A DNA stretch of 64,000 nt. It comes from Lama glama (taxonomy: Eukaryota). The translations under genes were made by a program, and so were the position numbers. The DNA lies in the NCBI GenBank assembly GCA_028534125.1, contig CM052817.1, positions 53,694,001 through 53,758,000 of the forward strand, given 5' to 3'. Every line of letters begins with the position of its first letter. Position 1 is the stretch's first letter. The notes under the pieces were generated by a model. The model was given only the letters and a program-made list of their open reading frames with translations, had not been told where the DNA came from and made no database searches. Positions 13,250-26,559 of this stretch are shown one piece after another.

Positions 13250-13600
13250 ACATATTGTTCTGCAGAAAGGTTGTAACCACTTTCCAAGCACAGCTGGATT
13301 TCTAGGCTCCAAACAATGTTATCCTTCCCCAGTCTCTTTTTTTACCTGCTATGCTCAACTTTTTTCTATATATAAAGTTTATTCTCAGGCTCCAGAGTGG
13401 CAAGATGGCTACAGTTACTCCAACTTCATACATTCCTGGGTTCAAGCTCAGTGAGAAAGCCTCTCTACTAGTAGCTGCCAGGAAGAGTCTAAGATCTGAA
13501 TGGACCCTCTTAGGACACATGTTCAGCCCTGAACTACTGATTGGCTCAAGCCTAGATTACATGGTTCACCACTGGGGTTGCAGCGGAGTCCCCAGATGAA
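13250..13600 (-). mobile_element. Old MaLR (MLT1J/K-like) relic
   Basis: gtggcaagatggctacag..ctcca..cttcata..cctggg motif. Confidence 0.45.
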
Positions 13601-14939
13601 TTTCAAGAAAACATATGGTCATCCCACTATACCTGCAGGCTACTGGTATTTCTCTGTAAGCTATTTCCAAATTTTGCCCTAAATATTAAAATTTCCTTTG
13701 TGGATTCGTTTCTTTAAAAATAAAAGGTTACGGTTCTAAACTATTTTTCTGTCATATTTCTTAATCGTATCTTTTCTTTTCAGTTTTTCACCACATTCAA
13801 TTTGATTGATTTTTGTGTAATGTTTCTTAGACAAACTGTCCATCTTTTGTGACTTCTTTCATTTATTTTGTGCTTTTGAAAGTCCTCCCTGTAATGCAAT
13901 CAAAAAGTTATCCAGGTATTTATTCTTTTATTGTTTTGTTTTGTATTATTTTTGAAGAGTAATTTTATACTTGTTCATGGTTCTCCACAGAACACACAAA
14001 GGACACATTGGCATGTCAAAAGAGTACTTCGTAGCTTTCTGAAATTCGACCTACCTAGTTTTCTCTGTTAGAAAATGCAGGCAACTGTGTAAACTGTTTA
14101 CATCCTTTAATAAAAAATTAAAGAATTCTGTCACACTCTAGAAACCCAAGAATTGTGCTGCTCCCACAATGTTTGCAAGGACTAGCCATCTGCAGAGCTT
14201 TGCAACCGCAGATCTTACCAACTCCCGTCGTAACAGGAGGTGAATTCCTAATGACCTCGTGGTGTGTGTTGTGGTCATGTTTGATATGATTTGACAGTCT
14301 AAGGTCATTCTTCAGAAGGGAGAAGAAATCGTCCATTGGACAGAGATTTTCTCTCATCTCCTAGTTAAGAAAGCTTTTACTCGGGCTTTTCCTTCTCTGG
14401 ATTTACTAATAATTCAGCACCTTACAACATTCTGGAATCACACCAGAAAGCAACTCTGAAAATAGTTGAAGACATAAGCTGAGTAGGAAAATGCTGCCAC
14501 ATTGTCTCTAACAAGACCATCACCTCTGATTCCTCCTAAGTAGCAGAAGTAAACTGTCAAAGCATCCCAGCTGAAAGATTCCCAGGGGCTTCACCAAAAT
14601 GCTTTCATTCTTAAATAACAAGGCTTGCTGACTAATTTGTAGCCATATGTTTCCTGTCTTTTTCTTGATCTGTGACGCTTGTGAGAATCAGTTCCATCTA
14701 ATTCTACGGGAGAGTAGGAGAAAAAAATCCAACACAATGGTTAAGCAATAAAGATTATAATAAAAAACTTATATGTGCAACAGCAGCTTAATTGAAGGGC
14801 AAAAATCTGTAAGTGCACTATAAACTCTAACTTGTGACTTCTTTTCATGCAAAAATGAAGGGTCTCCTTAGAAAAACTCTGAAAGGATCCTAAAGTCTGA
14901 TAGTCAACCTCAGAACCAAGAATCTCTACATGAGAGGCA

Positions 14940-15760
14940 CCAGGAATTCCTCTCCCTCATTTCATACCAACATTCACATTCAAACAGCATCAAATGCTGT
15001 GAGATTTACCTCATGAATAATTCTTAAACGTGTCCACTGTATGACAAATCCCAGAAAGAAGTGCAACTGTATTCCTATAATAGGCTCCATACTGCCCTGG
15101 CCAATCCATCTCCAATCTTGCATTTGGCTTTTTACCATGGCAATGAGTCAGAGAATGATCTTTCTGAACACCACTCCTAAAAAATAGCATCCCACTTCAG
15201 GAATTCCTCTTTGTCCTTTACATAAAATCTAAATTTCTTAAAATGACCCTCAAGGTCCTCAGAGTCTGGCTAATCTCCCCAGTCTTTTCCCTTTCTCCTG
15301 TCATACCAGATGATCTAGCCATTCTGAAATTCACTTGGAACTTTACACATGACACCCTCTTATTCTTCAAGTCTTCACCTTAGGCTTTTCTTTCTTCTCT
15401 GAAACCTGTGTTCTCCATGAAGCCATTGGCCCTACCCTCTCTTGCCCATCATTATTCTAAGGAGAGTTGATCCTTCAAGTCTCATCCTACAGGGTGAACA
15501 TTTTATCCAGGAACCATCCTCTGACCCTCCAAATCAGGATTAGTTGCCTCCCCTAATGCTCCCAGAGCACTCAAAATGTCTAATAGTCTCTAGCATATCA
15601 CTCTAGATCATAATTACCTGTTTCATGTTTTGGCATTTTTAATTTCCCATGCTTAATAATATAAGCTTCTTGAGCAGAGATTGTGGCTTTCATGTTCATC
15701 AACACAGGTCTGAAGTATACTCAAGTTTTAATCATTATTCATGTCCTAGTTCAACAGAAA
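14940..15760 (+). mobile_element. LINE-2 relic
   Basis: caaat..tgtgagatttacctc, ataaaatctaaatttctta, atccttcaagtctca, aagcttcttgagcagaga. Confidence 0.6.
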
Positions 15761-16399
15761 ACTCAGTGTTTGGCACAAAGACAGGCTGCATCTTGACCAT
15801 CTATCAATGAGACAGCTGAAGATAACATTCTCCATTTTAGCCTAGGGGAGTCTGCTTGAAATGCTTTGTGAGAGGATGCTCTGAATGACCTACAGATGAA
15901 TTAATAAAGGAGTGTAAAATATTCAAGTTGGTAAAATAAAAGAAAACTAGAAACCTAGGGGAGAAGAAGGGCTTAAAAATGGCATCGAATCATCAGAGTG
16001 ATGAAGAGAGAAAAGGGTTGTGCGTCTCACCCATGGTTGAGGATTCCCAGTGAGCTGGCAGGGACAGAGCCAGGAAGCATCAGCAGCAGTGCCAAAATGT
16101 CAATGATACAGGAAAATGCAAAGGTAGACATCTCTGCAGATCAAGAGTGAGAATCAGGAAATACATGGAAGAGAAGATTTAAAAGTGCCATAGAATATAG
16201 AGGTGCCACCTGATGATCATGTGAGGGGAAGGGATCTGGAATGTGCTGGGTTTCCAGTCAGTTCACTAGGTGATGCTCAGAGACGATGATTTTTAACTTT
16301 ATTGTCTTTGTCACCCACATTCTTTGAATAGCACATCACACAATAGTGTGGCTTTGAGGCATGCAAATGATGTGTATGACTATAGATCGGCTGTATTTC

Positions 16400-16990
16400 A
16401 TAATAATATAATTGTTAGCATTTATTGAGTATTTGCTTGGAACCAGGTGAGATGTAAAGTACTTTGTATACATCATCCCACTTGTGGTAGGCTGAATAAC
16501 GTCTCCTAAATTTCTGAGTCTAGGATCTATGAATGTTTTCTAATCTGACAAAAGGGACTTTATGGCTGTGATTAATTTAAATATCTTGAGATGGAAAGTT
16601 GAGTCTGGATTATCTGTGTGGCCTCAAATATAACTACAAGGAATCCAAGGGGCCATTAGAAGCTGAGAAAAGCAAAAACAAACAAACAAACAAACAAATC
16701 CAGATTTCCCCCCTCAAAGCCTCCAGAGGAAACTGCCAACAGCTTGACTTTAACCAAATGAAACTTATTTAGGACTTCTAAATCTAGAACTGGAAGGAAT
16801 ATGTTTGTGTTATCTTATGCCACTAAGTTGGGGCAATTTGTTACAGCAGCAGCTGGAAACTACACCACTTAGTTCTCACAAGCACTCAATGTACCAACTA
16901 TTAGTAGAAGTACAGGCTAGTTAAGCAAGTAGACAGAAGCAGTATCCAATCTGGGAAGTCTGACTCCAAGTCCCTTTGTCCTTACCTGCT
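16400..16990 (-). mobile_element. MIR split by a MaLR LTR
   Basis: gttagcatttattgagtatttgc...; the MIR resumes with ttctcacaa..agtctgactccaag. Confidence 0.55.
16483..16864 (+). mobile_element. MLT1C/D-type MaLR LTR
   Basis: tgtggtaggctgaataac...aaaagggacttta..ggattatc...ggcaatttgttacagcagcagctggaaactaca. Confidence 0.8.
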
Positions 16991-17984
16991 ACCCTGTATT
17001 CCAAGGCAGGAAAACTGATTGACTTGCCCAGTAGACATATCTAAGGTCAATCCAACCACATTTGGGTTTTTGATTAACCAATGTCAAAAATCCTAAACTA
17101 GAAATGCACATTTTGGAGAACTTTGGAAACTTTTTCAGCTATTTTTAAGCTTCAGTTTCCCGATTGTTTCCCATAATGAAATAATTACTCCTTCTATCAT
17201 ATTAAAGATTTTGGAAAACTCTCATTTGACATATTAATTCATTAGCTATTGTACTCACATTATTATTGTATTCACACAAATAATATGTTCAATTGTAATT
17301 AATGCATGATTCCATTCCAGAGGGAGAAAAGGTATAAAGAAAATTCATAATGTGCATAGCTGACTATTAAAGATTTGAACTTACAAGTTAGCAGACATGA
17401 ATTTCAGCCACAAATTTGCTCCTCAGAGTATAACTTTAAACAAGCTATTTAACCTTTCTTGATTCCATTATCTATAAAATGTGGAGTTTGCCCTAACAGC
17501 CACCTTCCTCCTCTAAGGTTCCATGAGTCTGTGATTCTATTTGTTCCTCAAACTTGTTGGTGGCACTGAATTTTTCCTTACAAAAAGTTACATTTTGCTG
17601 GTCCTGAACACACTGCTCCAAGTTTGATTCTTAACAGAAATCCATTGCTTCTGCCTATTAACAACTGCTTTGGCTTGCAGGGAACTCTTTGATTTTGTAG
17701 GAAGAGGAGACATTTTAAGTGCCATTATATGCTGGCACAAAACTGGGGGAGTATTTACTAAGCATTTAGTATCTGTCAGATACTTTTGCATATTAGCTCT
17801 TTAATTCTCACAAGAACCCTTCAAAATAAGTGTATCATACTAATTTAATAAGTGAAGAATTTGTCAGAGACTCTAAATAGTATGGATTTTTAAGTAGCAA
17901 AATATCCTTGATCCCAAATTCTTGCCTTTTCCACAATTCCATACTGTATCATATAATAGTAGTAATAGATTCTATATGTTGAGT

Positions 17985-18415
17985 GCCATGGGAGATTTTA
18001 TTTTCTAAAACTGGTCACACAATATGTGTACCCCATCCCACGTGTTCTTACAAGGTGACTGAAAATTTTCTCATGTAGAGGTAGGGTGTCATGGTGTCTG
18101 GGCAGGGGCTTGTAGCTGCTCTAACCAACAGAGTATTTATTGACTTCTGAGGTCAAATGCCATATTGGATGGAGCTTCCCTTGGCAACCTCTCAGGACAG
18201 TCACCCTTGAAACCTAGCACCACTCTGTGACAAAGCCTAAACTAGCCCTCATATGGAGGCTCATGTGAAGAGGTACCTGCCAGGGCCAAGGACACTACAG
18301 AGATTAAAAATCATCCCCACAGTGCCGTGTCAGAATTCTGGGCCCACAGAACCCATGGACAGTTTTATACCAGTAAGTTTTGCAGTGATTGGTCAGGAAG
18401 CCGTAGAAACTAGAA
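17985..18415 (+). mobile_element. MLT1F/G-type MaLR LTR relic
   Basis: gctctaaccaacagagta..gacttctgagg; gaattctgggcccacagaa; agtaagttttgcagtgattgg. Confidence 0.55.
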
Positions 18416-19274
18416 TAAGTATATGTCATGTACACAACACCTCAAAAATGTCCCATTTTACCAAAGTGAAAACAGGCTTAAATAGATTACGTGACTCACT
18501 CTGATCCACACAGTTAGGATATAAAGACATCGGTATTAAAACTCAGGCTGCTGTTTTGAGGGGTTTGTCTGTTTTGTTTTTCCAAAACCTATGCCCCATT
18601 CACTTTACCACATTATCTCCTAAAGTATCCCAATTTGTAAGTTGTTGAACTTTATGGATATTCACTAGCCTACAGAATAAACCACATTTTTAATATGACA
18701 TTAAATCTATGACATTTGATCAGTTCAAGGCCATTCTCTATATGTAATCTGTTTTGTCAACAAATAAACAAAAGCTTTCAGGGGACTACATTATTTTTAG
18801 GTCATTTATATCTTGTACCTATATATCAGTTTCATTAATGTATATTTTTATTTTGTCATTTTACTTTGGAATATATGGGGTTTTTTTTTAAATTTTGAGG
18901 GTTTTAGTTCCACAAGAAATATAGCAATTAATACATTAATGAATAACACAATAACATGATACCCAAGCACACTGAATAATTTGACTACATCAAAACTGGT
19001 TTCATATAGGCTCTTGGAAGCAGATGTGGTTGACTGCCTCCCCCAAAATATTCCATCTTTATCCTTGTTCTCAGAAATCTAATTTTGTTTGATATTTACC
19101 ATGCCTTTTCCAGGCTGGTGCTAAACTATTTTTAAAAGTAAGTAAAATAAATTTCACTAATCTAAAGTTTTTTGTCTTGCAGGAAAAACATCTTTAAAAG
19201 AAATTAAAAGATAATTGGGAGGAGGAAGCTCTACAGTAATATCAATAGCTCTTTCTTTTAAAAATTAAGTCTTT

Positions 19275-20687
19275 AAAAAATGGAAAGATATCCCATGTTC
19301 TTGGATTGGAAGAATCAATATTGTTAAAATGGTCACACTGCCCAAGGCAATCTACAGTTTTAATGCAATCCCTATCAAATTACCCAGGGCATATTTCACA
19401 GAACTAGAACAAATCATAATAAAATTTATATGGAACCATCAAAGACCTAGAATTGCCAAGGCATTACTGAAGAAAAAGAGGCTGGAGGAATAACTCTCCC
19501 GGACTTCAGACAATTCTATAGAGCTATAGTAATAAAGACAGCATGGTACAGGTACAAAAACAGACATATAGACCAATGGAACAGAACAGAGAGCCCAGAA
19601 ATGAACCCACAAACCTTTGGTCAACTAATCTTNNNNNNNNNNNNNNNNNNNNNNNNNNNNNNNNNNNNNNNNNNNNNNNNNNNNNNNNNNNNNNNNNNNN
19701 NNNNNNNNNNNNNNNNNNNNNNNNNNNNNNNNNNNNNNNNNNNNNNNNNNNNNNNNNNNNNNNNNNNNNNNNNNNNNNNNNNNNNNNNNNNNNNNNNNNN
19801 NNNNNNNNNNNNNNNNNNNNNNNNNNNNNNNNNNNNNNNNNNNNNNNNNNNNNNNNNNNNNNNNNNNNNNNNNNNNNNNNNNNNNNNNNNNNNNNNNNNN
19901 NNNNNNNNNNNNNNNNNNNNNNNNNNNNNNNNNNNNNNNNNNNNNNNNNNNNNNNNNNNNNNNNNNNNNNNNNNNNNNNNNNNNNNNNNNNNNNNNNNNN
20001 NNNNNNNNNNNNNNNNNNNNNNNNNNNNNNNNNNNNNNNNNNNNNNNNNNNNNNNNNNNNNNNNNNNNNNNNNNNNNNNNNNNNNNNNNNNNNNNNNNNN
20101 NNNNNNNNNNNNNNNNNNNNNNNNNNNNNNNNCCTAAGTGTCCATCAATGGATGACTGGATAAAGAAGAGGTGGTTTATTTATACAATGGAATACTATTC
20201 AGCCATTAAAAACCGACAACATAACGCCATTTGCAGCAACATGGATGCTCCTAGAGAATGTCATTCTAAGTAAAGTAAGCCAGAAAGAGAAAGAAAAATA
20301 CCATATGAGATCGCTCATATGTGGAGTCTAAAACAAAAAAAAAAAAACCAAAAAAAACCCAAAGCATAAATACAAAACAGAAACAGACTCATAGACATAG
20401 AATACAAACTTGTGGTTGCCAAGGAGGCGGGGGGTGGGAAGGGACAGACTGGGATTTCAAAATTTGTAGATACTGACAGGCATATGTAGAATAGATAAAC
20501 AAGATTATACTGTATAGCACAGGGAAATGTATACAAGATCTTGTGGTAGCTCACAGCGAAAAAAAAAAGTGACAATGAATATATGTGTGTTCATGTATAA
20601 CTGCAGAATTGTGCTGTACACTGGAATTTGACACAACATTGTAAAAAGACTATAACTCAATAAAAAAAAGTTTAAAAAAATAACACT

Positions 20688-20713
<26 letters not shown>
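19275..20713 (+). mobile_element. 5'-truncated young LINE-1 (ORF2 3' part, 3'UTR, A/(CA)n tail)
   Basis: Translates [36 protein letters not shown] (L1 ORF2). AATAAA plus poly(A) at ~20659-20680. Approximate 14-bp TSD aaaattaagtcttt / aaaattaaatcatt. Confidence 0.95.
19633..20132. other. Assembly gap (500 N)
   Basis: Run of exactly 500 N. Confidence 0.99.

Positions 20714-20714
<1 letters not shown>
20688..20714 (+). repeat. (CA)n microsatellite in the L1 tail
   Basis: Direct reading. Confidence 0.95.
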
Positions 20715-20718
<4 letters not shown>

Positions 20719-23550
20719 TAAATCATTGAAACACTAGGTCAACCCCAAAAGAAAACTGTGTCCTGATTATTTCTTTTAAATGTTTCCCTATAATTTAGGG
20801 AAAAACCTCTCTGAAGCCAGATGGTTTTTCAATTTTTTTAACCTCTATTGGAAATAGGCCAATAATTTCACTGTGAGATTAAATGTTGACCTGCCTCTCT
20901 TTAAACATGAAACAACATAATGCTGGTATATAGCTTCTCTAAATCTTTGTTATACCTTCTCAACTATAGAACAGTTTTTTTTTGTTTGTTTATCTGTTTT
21001 TGTTTTGTTTTTAAAGAGGAGAATGCTCTCCTTAGAGTAAGTCAAGTATTTTGATTGGTGCAATAGTATTTGCAATTGGTTTTAAGCTGTTGTACCTTTA
21101 AGTGGTAATTTAATAAATTCAAGTGCTAGCTAACTTCCTGAGAAATTTTTGTCACTGATAGGATCTGGCTCACAGTGGATGAAATGGAAGGCATTTTTAA
21201 ACCAAACATATGTTTCCAATAACACTCTTGTGTATGCAGTGTAGTGCTTTCAATGTAGATGAGGTACTCTGGTGACATCATCCTTTAAATTCTCTTTAGG
21301 TAAACCAGATGGTTGAATGTGAATGCAGTAAGAATGCTGTTAAACTGTCCAGAGAGAATAGTTTAATCATCTTTAAGAATGTCTCTAATACCCCACATGT
21401 GTATTTTTAAATGAGTGTTTATATTGAGAAAAAAATGATGTCCCCCCAAGTCAGTTTCAGACAATGCTCAATTAAACTAAAGGATAAAAGTTTCAGAGTT
21501 AAAAAAAAACCCAGAAAATAATAGTCTTGAAAACTACAATTAAGATATAAGATTTCTGTATACTAGCTAGCAATTCTGTTACCATACTGAAAAGTCAATA
21601 GCATGAAAATGTGTACAATACTACAAATAAACAGCTATAATTTATGTCCTTTTGTCTAAAAACAAAAAGAAAAGAAACTGCTGAAGAAGTTTGGAGGGAA
21701 AACAGGTAAATAGGAAAGAAGAAATTAGGGGCAAAAAAGGAACGGAGAGGCAGAACTTCAGCTTCTTTGTCCACTCATGAAACCTTAGAGCTCAACATAG
21801 ACAAATAAATCTTGTCCCTGTGGCTTTCTAATGCATTCCATATACACAATATCATGGGGAGAGACTAGCTCCTCATGATGATGTAATGACTTTAATTGAG
21901 GTTGGAGCTGAAGGAATCAAAGTAAATTGAGTTGATCCAGTGAAGAAATAAAAATAAATTTTAAATTAAATATTTGAGGTTTTTATCAATGCAATTGTAT
22001 CATAATTATTGGTTTGCCTTGGATCTTACACAATGAGCTTCTTCCCACCCTGAAACTATTAAAGTACTAGAAAAAAAGTTGAGGAGAAGAAAATACATGA
22101 AGTTAAAAGAGGTTTAGTAGAGAAAGTGCACCCTTTGTCAATGGTAACAGGAAATTTACAGCACTTTAATTAAACATTTGAAAGTTAAAACAAGCTTGAA
22201 TTCATAGTTCCAAAGATTGGGCTAGATTTTACTCTTCTGAGGGTGTCACAAATCCCCATTTAATCTTGCATAAAATATAAAATGATAATACATTTAAGGT
22301 GATCCAAGGCAATCTATCCTTAGATTTTGAAAACTACCCAGAATGTTAGAATGCTGTTATATACCAGTGCTTAAGATGTCTTCAATTCCATAGTAATATG
22401 AAAATTTTGTGTCACTTCACTACATTAACTTGAAAAAAATAAAAGCTCAAATTGCTTGATCACAGGAGGAGGAATGATTTCCATGATGATGATGATGCTG
22501 GAAGAAAGAACTAAGCATAAGTCATCTGGCAACTTCTGTGCTTCTATTTTCTGCAGGAGGAATGTATTCTGGTCTGTTTGCTGTCTTATTCATAAGGGGA
22601 AGAAGTCTGGCATGTTCACTATGGGTTTGTGCAGTTCTCCCATTATTGGGGTGAGTTAGTCTAATACAGAGATGGATTATTAACAAGACAACTTAGCCTT
22701 ACATCTAAATTTACCTTTTCCAATTACTCATGAGAGAAATGACTGTGACATTTTGTTCTTTGACCTCTAACTTGATCTTTCAGTTGGTTCCAAACTTGAA
22801 AAAAGAATAAACCTTAAGAAAAATTCAATCTGTTTTTATGGGAGATATATTCTACTTGAATTTTTCATCTTATAAAATATATAAGAAATAAGAAACAATA
22901 CTGAATTAGAATAATACTCCACCTAACCATGTGTCAGACAGACACATTAAAGGATATTTGCAAAGTTCTTTAAAATCAATTTTATGAGTTCAAAAATTAT
23001 CTTTATGATTATAGGAAAGTATAAATTTACCACAACATTTCTAACCTGGAGGTTCGAACCTCTAAAATGTTGTATGAATTATCTGTGGCAAATTTAATAT
23101 TGAATCAGGAAGTCAGGAAGCTAGAGCTCTATTTATGTTTTAAATGTATATAAACATCATCAAACAATGTCTTCCATGTTGACTTTTCTCTGCTTACCTG
23201 TTTCTGACATAGTATATATACAATGGTGTAAAATTACAGAGTTAACTTAAATAAGGATCAAGCTGAAAACTCCAATGGAGTTTATAACCAAATACAGGCA
23301 ACACATACTATTTTCAAGTTCCTATTCAAAAAGGAGAACTAATGGCAATAAATCTTGCTAACCCAAACTAGCCACATTTGGCTCAGTAAAGACAGTCTGA
23401 CCAAAGAAGCAAGCTTCTTCTCCCTAGTGGTTAGATAGAGCAAAAATCTTTCCAAAAGCAACATGAAAAATCTTGCTGTCAGGAACCAAATGAAATTAAG
23501 GGTGAGCATATCAGGTAAATAATCATAATAAGAACTAATCCTTACTGATG

Positions 23551-24030
23551 TGTTAGGCTCTGCCCCGCAGGTCTGCAAGCCTTGTAGTAGTAACCCAGCT
23601 TCGAGACCAAAGAGCTCAGAGACAGTGACAGAGACATCAACGGCTTATTGGATAGGAGATCTTACATACCTGCAGCAGAAAGTCCTGGAGCAACATCCCA
23701 CTGGGAACAGCAGACAGCAGGCAGGGCATGACAGCCATTTTCCCTACTGAGAGGGAAGGCGGCCGCCATTTATAGGGGGAATGGACATCAGGTTGGCTCA
23801 TCAGTTACCAGGAAACCAGTAGCTGAGGCACATGCCTCACAGACCCTTAGGTTAGCCACCATCACAAGGGCAGGTGTTTCCCTTTAATAAACTAGCAGGT
23901 GGAGCCATTTTGGCTTAAGGATTAGACTAATCACCAGCTGGGGCAGGAGCCAAACACATTCATGATGTAGGTGAAGCAGGGGATGTACAAAGAGCAAGAG
24001 AACAGCTATCTTGAGTGGCCTGACCATACA
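23551..24030 (-). mobile_element. Young ERV solo LTR (480 bp) inserted into a MIR
   Basis: TG...CA termini, exact 5-bp TSD TGATG (23546-23550, 24031-24035), GC-rich with retained CpGs. TATAAA on the minus strand at ~23773-23768. Confidence 0.8.
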
Positions 24031-24035
24031 TGATG

Positions 24036-24230
24036 CTAACTCTACGCCAGGAATATAGGCACTTTCTCTTTCAAGCCTCACGACTCTATAAAGGAAATCA
24101 TCTCCATTTTATAGACGAGGAACTGAGGCTAAGGGAGTTGATGTAGGTAGCCCAAGCATACGCAATGAGTAAGAGGTCGAACACAAATTCAAATCCAAGT
24201 CAGTCCAACTCCATATCCCAAACTCAAGTT
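24036..24230 (-). mobile_element. MIR
   Basis: ctccattttatagacgaggaactgaggct core. Confidence 0.75.
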
Positions 24231-24774
24231 ACAATGTATATTACTGTAATAAAAACAAAAGAAAACCTAGTTTAAAAAATTACATTTGTAAAAGTGCAAT
24301 TAATAGTAGATCATGATCTGAATACCACTACACATAAACCAGAACATCATTGTAAATCATTTAGAAAAGTTGTTGGCATGTAATAAACATTAATAACATT
24401 CAGCTAATAGTATTTTCCTCTACTAAATATGTTTACATAAAAATTAAAGTATATGATAAACTATGAGCTGAGGATTTCCATTATCTTAAATATCTTCATC
24501 AAGGTTACCTGGATTACGTGTTTCCATCTGAGCTGTCCAATCAGTTATTATTTTTTGGTAATTAATATAAATGTGTCATACTAGTAAAACTAAAAATATT
24601 AGAAATAATTGTCAGTCTATATATTGTGCTACCCATCATTTATAAAATTGAAGCTATTGACCCAAATTACTAGGATCTGAACCATAATATGAAAAATTTT
24701 TCCATTAATGGAAATGAATTTGCAGTGATCTATACACTCACTCACAAGTATACCTTTATATTATAATTTTTATA

Positions 24775-24798
24775 TGTGTGTGTGTGTGTGTGTGTGTG
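24775..24798 (+). repeat. (TG)n microsatellite
   Basis: Direct reading. Confidence 0.95.
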
Positions 24799-24949
24799 TA
24801 TACATTTATCAGTTGATAGGGATTCTGCCAGGATGTAAATGGTTAACTTGGGAAGCTAAAGGGTTATGTCTGGTTAGGAGTAAAATGGACCTTGAAATAA
24901 AATCAAATTTCACGCACCTGGTCCTGACATTTCAACATAGAACCGTATT

Positions 24950-25108
24950 TTAATTTTTAACCTGCACACAGATCACCTGAGGTTCTTCTTAAATGCAAAT
25001 CCTAATTCATAAGAGATAGGGTGCGGCTGAGATTCTAAATTTCCAGCAAGCCGCCTGGTAACACCAGCGTTGTTGTTCCACCGACCACACTTTGAATGGC
25101 AAAGGGAA
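24950..25108. mobile_element. MER5-type hAT-Charlie MITE
   Basis: atcacctgagg..cttaaatgcaaatcct...ctgagattctaaatttccagcaag...gaccacactttgaatggcaa. Confidence 0.75.
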
Positions 25109-25189
25109 TGCAGCCTCTGGCCAAATACGAGACACTTACTAAATTGTTTTCCAGAATCTCTTTTGTAGGAATGTTCCCTTTTCTCTCCA

Positions 25190-25600
25190 TCTGGTACAGT
25201 GGAAACCATCAAGATCATACTTGTTTCATACCCAGGGGTGAGTCCTGAACTCAACCAATCAGTGCTTTGTCAAATATTGAGAATTGAGACCCAGAGAAAG
25301 TCAACTTAGTATTCCTCAGTCACCTCATAACTTTACACAGATTCCAGAGCAAGTGTAAGCGGTAATTTTCTACCTAGGAGACAGGGAAAGAGAAAAACTA
25401 TCCTGCAATGGAGATAAAAATAAAGCATAATATTCAGAGAAAAACAGACATAAGAGGCACCAAGAGAGTAACTTAGTGGATTCTTTAGTGTGTTTCCATT
25501 CTAATTCTATCCCAGAGGCTCAGATACATTGCTGCCCTAATAAATAACCTGTTTGCTCAAGCTGAGTGGGTTTCCATTTTCTTACAGTCTAAGCAGTGCT
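25190..25600 (+). mobile_element. Old ERVL LTR relic (LTR16/LTR33-like)
   Basis: ccaatcag..gaattgagacccagaga and 3' end ttgctcaagctgagtgggtttc. Confidence 0.45.
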
Positions 25601-26559
25601 AACTTTATACTCTATATATCCACACGCACGTGAGCTTGGGAATCATAATCACAGCCATCTCCTTTATGTGAGGTGCTAAGAGTCTGTGCTGAGCAGGCTC
25701 AAAGTATCTAAGTAATAATATATATGACACACATGCACATTGTTGTAGTGAATTTTTGTACCGAATACGTTATTTCAGTACATCTGTTGCTTTAGAATTT
25801 GGTTCTGAATAAATAAAGATAGCAGTCATTAAACTTGCAGATGTGCAATGATAGAAAAATCTATTAAGTGACACATAAGAGTGAATATTATATCTCTATA
25901 AGCTAAACAAATTGCTTTTAAAAAGTGTGCATTTCTCCTTTCAGAATCTCAGTAGTTAATCATAATGCTGAAAAATCTTACATTAAATACATATGTTGAT
26001 TTCTAACAAAGGCCCCAGAATGGTATTTTCCTTTAGATAAAGGTATTTTAAACTACCCTTATGCTTATATTATTATTCACAGTATCTATTCATATTTAAC
26101 TGCTTAAACGTTTAGCCCGATTAAGCAAAATGTTTATAAATAAGCAATGCTATAAAAACACCTCCACATTTTGAGCTCTGGCCAAATCAACTTCCTGCAA
26201 ACATTCAATGATGAATTCTATAACTGAATAGCTAATAAACCCATCTAACCTTAATCTGAAACTGAATTCACACATTTACAGCAATCAGATCATTTCAGTA
26301 ACACAAGTGCTATAAAGCTATCAGAAACTAGGATCTGAAGGAAATATCAAACTTCCTATTTCTCATGTGTTTCAGCTAACTGCAGTGCAAACTCAAAGTA
26401 TGGTTGTTAATCCTAAACACAACAAATAACATTGTTTGAATAAATCACCAATATTAAATTTCAGGAGCAAATCTATAACGTAGAACTGACTTCGTGAAGT
26501 AGTAACTCAGACTGGTCCCAAGGTGAATTAGTAACCCAAAATTCACATTGTACTGTTAA

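Noticed and set aside
19543..20163. 206-aa and 178-aa ORFs
   Set aside because: Artefacts of translating through the N gap inside an L1.
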